From positions 1-60,366 of IMG/VR virus record IMGVR_UViG_3300036846_000361: a stretch of 60,366 bases of DNA; one strand, 5' to 3'. Of this stretch, positions 57,021-60,366 are shown in pieces (position 1 is the first letter of the stretch; each line of letters begins with the position of its first letter). The notes under the pieces were generated by a model. The model had not been told where the DNA came from, ran no database searches, and saw only the letters and a program-made list of their open reading frames with translations. This DNA comes from a virus. Taxonomy: Duplodnaviria > Caudoviricetes. Made by a program: the position numbers and the translations under genes.

Positions 57021-58463
57021 TTACGGTGTCACCCCCTCGGTGAGGCTTGTCTTGTAGATTTCGATTTCTACCCACTCTGCGAACGGGCTCATCTTGACGT
57101 AGAGCACCGCGTGTAGCTCGTTGTTTGCGAGCGTCTCCGGAGTGTTGACGGAATCGCCAGTGTCAACGAAGAACGCTTCTACAGGCGTTGAGCCGTAGAG
57201 GTCTCCGTTGTTGTAGTAGGCCGCGAGCATGCCGGCCAGGGATCCGTTGAACTTCGTGATCGTGATACCTGCTCCATCGATCTTGTCGAACAGGAACTGT
57301 TCTGCGATCGCCCGACCTTCTCCCGCGATCCCCATGTAGAGACGAGAGTTGCCGAGGCTGACCCAGTTCGGGTCTGCGATCGCATCGACCAGAGTCCGCC
57401 ATCCGTAGACACGGACAGATCCGAACATCGAGCGGATGACGTCCACACCGCCGTTGTTCAGAGCCTCTCGGTCGAGCTTGTTGGGATCTTGCGTCAGGCC
57501 GGTGGCGTAGTTGCTGATCCCGTTCACGCCTGCGGCAGGCGTATCCGGCCCGAGTCCCGAGTTGTCGTTGATCGAGACCTTGCCGCAAACGAGAGAACTG
57601 GGCGGCACGACTCTCGTTGTCCCGCTGACTACTCCCGGAACAACCAACCATGGCCAGAACATCGCGCCGAACTTCTGGTTTCCGGTTCGTGCGGCAGCCG
57701 CTGATGCGAGAAGCGTTCCCTGGGTGGCGGTGTCCGGCGCATCCAGGATTGCGGTGCGGAAGTTTGCCTCCGCGTGCTCCAGCAACTGCTGATGCCCGAT
57801 GTCCGACGATCGGCCAGGCGCAGAAATCTGCCCCACTCCGAAGTCCTCGGAAATGACATCGAGCGCAGCCTGCCATTCGGCATCGGTGATGGCAGCACGA
57901 TCGTCGTCGCCTCCTGCCAAAGGAGCCGCTGCTGCAACGGCCGGAACCGATGTACTTGCGCCGAGCGTCAGAAGGATGTACGAGCTTCCCTGCGCCCAGT
58001 TGACAGCTGAGTTCTGATCCGCCAGGTCGGGACTGGTCTCGATTTCGTTGTTGTTGACATCCTCGATGTAGACAACGAACGTACCGACACCGATTCCTGC
58101 TCTGACTCCGACCTTGAGGTTGTTCCCACTCGCACCCGGCCCGAGAGCCGTAGCAACAAGCGAGGTCGCGGCGGTTGCATCCTCCAGGTTGAGAGATGCA
58201 GTTTTGGCGGCAGGACCGACAACCCTGGAAACGTATGCGATGCCGCCACCTTCGCGGTAGTACACGTCGAGGGCATCATACAAGATGCTGTACGAGACCC
58301 TCGCGCCGAACACGCGCTCGTAATCCGCCATGCTCCGAAGTGCTGTCGGAGTCGTCGGCCCTGCATCCGTCAAACCGACAACAAACCATACGCCGGTGTC
58401 GGTGGGGGCTGAACGAACTGGCGGAGTGGAGCGCTGAATGATGCTGACACCAGGACGGGTCAT
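57021..58463 (-). CDS. Tail sheath protein
   Basis: MTRPGV, GPT.P, AILDAP, FWPW, VPPS, RVYGWRTL, SPFAEWVEI. Confidence 0.9.
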   Translation of the reverse strand: MTRPGVSIIQRSTPPVRSAPTDTGVWFVVGLTDAGPTTPTALRSMADYERVFGARVSYSILYDALDVYYREGGGIAYVSRVVGPAAKTASLNLEDATAATSLVATALGPGASGNNLKVGVRAGIGVGTFVVYIEDVNNNEIETSPDLADQNSAVNWAQGSSYILLTLGASTSVPAVAAAAPLAGGDDDRAAITDAEWQAALDVISEDFGVGQISAPGRSSDIGHQQLLEHAEANFRTAILDAPDTATQGTLLASAAAARTGNQKFGAMFWPWLVVPGVVSGTTRVVPPSSLVCGKVSINDNSGLGPDTPAAGVNGISNYATGLTQDPNKLDREALNNGGVDVIRSMFGSVRVYGWRTLVDAIADPNWVSLGNSRLYMGIAGEGRAIAEQFLFDKIDGAGITITKFNGSLAGMLAAYYNNGDLYGSTPVEAFFVDTGDSVNTPETLANNELHAVLYVKMSPFAEWVEIEIYKTSLTEGVTP

Positions 58464-58466
58464 CAG

Positions 58467-58673
58467 CTACTCCTCTCCTTCTTTGGACTGGCTCTTTCCG
58501 GACGACGACCTGCTGTAAGACTTTTTGGAAGTCTCGATGAGCACACCGCCGTCGATCAGAGTCTGATTGTCCTTGGTTTCCTCATCCGACAGCTTGACAA
58601 CCTCACCCGGTTCGACCGGACGGCCGTTGGCAAGCGCATCGGCATGAGAACCAACGAACCTGTACTCTGTCAA
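58467..58673 (-). CDS. Small hypothetical virion-region protein
   Basis: TTG start with RBS AAGGAGG; VEPGEVVKL...LIDGGVL. Confidence 0.6.
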   Translation of the reverse strand: MTEYRFVGSHADALANGRPVEPGEVVKLSDEETKDNQTLIDGGVLIETSKKSYSRSSSGKSQSKEGEE

Positions 58674-59309
58674 CTAATCCTCCTTCATTTCGACCGTGAC
58701 ATCGGCCGTCTCGACTTCCGGCCAAACCGAACCAGGTTGGTTAACTGGATCGGGCTGCGTCGGGTATGCTGGCCCGGCGAGTCTGTTGACGAGGTCATCA
58801 ACCCAGACGCGGAAGATAACCTGAACACTGCGCATCGAAAGCTCACGCTCTGGAGTGGGAATGTCGATGAAGGTTTCGTCCACCCATTCCACCCCGGCGA
58901 ACTCCCATGAGTTATCGAACATGGGCTTCTGCAACATGATGGCTCGAAGCGCAGCGCCGTAAATCTTCACAACCTTGTTCGTGTCCTCATCGGTTGATGC
59001 GCGAGCGACGATCCCTACGCCCAACGCCCACCAGCCAGTGTAGTTTCCGTCGCCTTCGGCCCTCGGAGGCGATGCGATCCCAGGAGACACCACTACGCAA
59101 AGCGGCATACGCTCCTGCGGGAAGCCGGTGAACTCGTTTCTGTTGGTATAGACCTTCGGAGCTTCAATCCTGCCCAAGGGCAAATTGCGCTGGTACTCAA
59201 TCTCGCGCAGGTACGTCGGCATCCAAAGACGCAGAGTTGCGACCACCGCGTCCTCTAGAACGTCGGCGCTGAAGATTGGCTGAAAGATCGTGTCAGTCGG
59301 AAAGGTCAT
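58674..59309 (-). CDS. Tail terminator / completion protein
   Basis: Position between neck gene and sheath. Confidence 0.6.
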   Translation of the reverse strand: MTFPTDTIFQPIFSADVLEDAVVATLRLWMPTYLREIEYQRNLPLGRIEAPKVYTNRNEFTGFPQERMPLCVVVSPGIASPPRAEGDGNYTGWWALGVGIVARASTDEDTNKVVKIYGAALRAIMLQKPMFDNSWEFAGVEWVDETFIDIPTPERELSMRSVQVIFRVWVDDLVNRLAGPAYPTQPDPVNQPGSVWPEVETADVTVEMKED

Positions 59310-59773
59310 AGGTTCATCGCCGCCGTGAGGTACTCTCCGACCATGGCTGCCCAGCGCTGCCTATCTTGAGGGTAGAAGTCTATGAACGGGCGAGCAGGCA
59401 TCTTGCGAGTACCGTGCTGGATGAACTCCGGATACTCCAGGTCTGTGTCTAGGATGATCGTGCTAGGCCCGACCTTCAAACGCTGATGCGGAGAATCGCG
59501 GACTGTGTACCCCTCCAGCATTCTGCCTGTGTCAATCAGCATGCGAGGATCAGGCGAGCCCTTTCGCGCCTTCTGTTGAATCGTGCTGGGAGCGAGCGCA
59601 TGCCAGCTACCACCGAAGCGCCGACCTTGCCCGGTGATAGTAGTTCGGATGACTCTCATCATGTCGTCCGCGATCAAGTTGAGAACCGGCTTCATGTTCG
59701 CTACGGCGCTCATCCCTCGCTCCAGCTTGAGCTTCGCGACCTCTTCACCAAAGAGGATGATCCTGACAGACAT
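59306..59773 (-). CDS. Virion morphogenesis (neck) protein
   Basis: W.ALAPST...LIDTG.M...QHGTRKMPARPF. Confidence 0.8.
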   Translation of the reverse strand: MSVRIILFGEEVAKLKLERGMSAVANMKPVLNLIADDMMRVIRTTITGQGRRFGGSWHALAPSTIQQKARKGSPDPRMLIDTGRMLEGYTVRDSPHQRLKVGPSTIILDTDLEYPEFIQHGTRKMPARPFIDFYPQDRQRWAAMVGEYLTAAMNL

Positions 59774-60246
59774 CAGAAGGGACGCTCCAGCAGATCGATG
59801 TCATCAGGGAACGAGTAGAACGGCATATTGGCGTTGAGCGAGTCTGACGGATCGAGCCCCGCTTCCTCAGCCTGAATGGCTCCGGTCAGGTTAATGAGTC
59901 CTTCATCGAACAGCACCTTGTACTCCGGATAAGGCGATCTGTCCAACGCTACCTCGGCAGCGTAGTAGGTCAATTCAACCCACATCGCTGTCCGGAGGGA
60001 GACGAGATACTTGCCGTCATCGAACAGATCCGTCGGGATGTCAGTCCCGAGCCTCGGAGCTACTTCTTGGAGTGACCGATTGATCAGCAGAGTCACTTGT
60101 GTCGCCGTCGGGCGCGTCGCACCCGCGCCCGTAACCGCATCAGGATCGCTGAACGTGCCAGTCTCCTTGCCGACATCATCGACCGTGCGAGCCATATCGA
60201 TGGCACCCACGTCCGTCAGATCCGGTGTGTAGTCAGAGACTGGCAC
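59773..60246 (-). CDS. Head-to-tail adaptor
   Basis: Helical 157 aa, position after capsid-region genes. Confidence 0.6.
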   Translation of the reverse strand: MPVSDYTPDLTDVGAIDMARTVDDVGKETGTFSDPDAVTGAGATRPTATQVTLLINRSLQEVAPRLGTDIPTDLFDDGKYLVSLRTAMWVELTYYAAEVALDRSPYPEYKVLFDEGLINLTGAIQAEEAGLDPSDSLNANMPFYSFPDDIDLLERPF

Positions 60247-60366
60247 GCTCAGTTCCTCCTCACGACTCGATGATGGCCGTCAGGCCCTTCTCGACGCCTG
60301 CCCTCGGGTCACCATCAGTGGCGACGTTCTCGGCCTGCAGGAGACGATGCGCCAGATCCTTGTCGG
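60240..60366. repeat. Terminal direct repeat, copy 2
   Basis: Identical to 1-127. Confidence 0.95.

Noticed and set aside
1-60366. tRNA genes, integrase, immunity repressor
   Set aside because: No cloverleaf with T-loop consensus and no recombinase motifs were recognised by eye; tRNAscan-SE/ARAGORN and HMM searches would confirm

Overview
The window is an apparently complete, circularly assembled genome (60,239 bp unique; bases 1-127 recur at 60240-60366) of a high-GC tailed phage, probably infecting Actinomycetota (possibly Thermoleophilia) and apparently lytic, since no integrase or repressor was recognised. The minus strand carries head, lysis, terminase and RuvC genes (1-12.8 kb) and a contractile tail/baseplate module (43-60 kb). 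The plus strand carries small early genes (15-24 kb) and a replication/nucleotide module (SNF2 helicase, exonuclease, AAA ATPase, SSB, primase-MCM helicase, FAD oxidoreductase, HAD, DnaE, HU, divergent ThyX). The most unusual signals are three. (1) A complete transcription unit at 13221-13848 has no CA/TG dinucleotides except those forced by its Met and Trp codons. (2) A ~640 nt highly structured non-coding RNA candidate lies at 14439-15082. (3) Thirteen intergenic twin-hairpin elements with covarying stems occur, 11 ending in the exact extended RBS GGAGGGTACC, and a long hairpin at 24749-24810 carries the exact antisense of that motif in its loop, suggesting an RNA-based control system for early genes. 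All protein calls come from motifs and gene order read by eye; no database searches were run.
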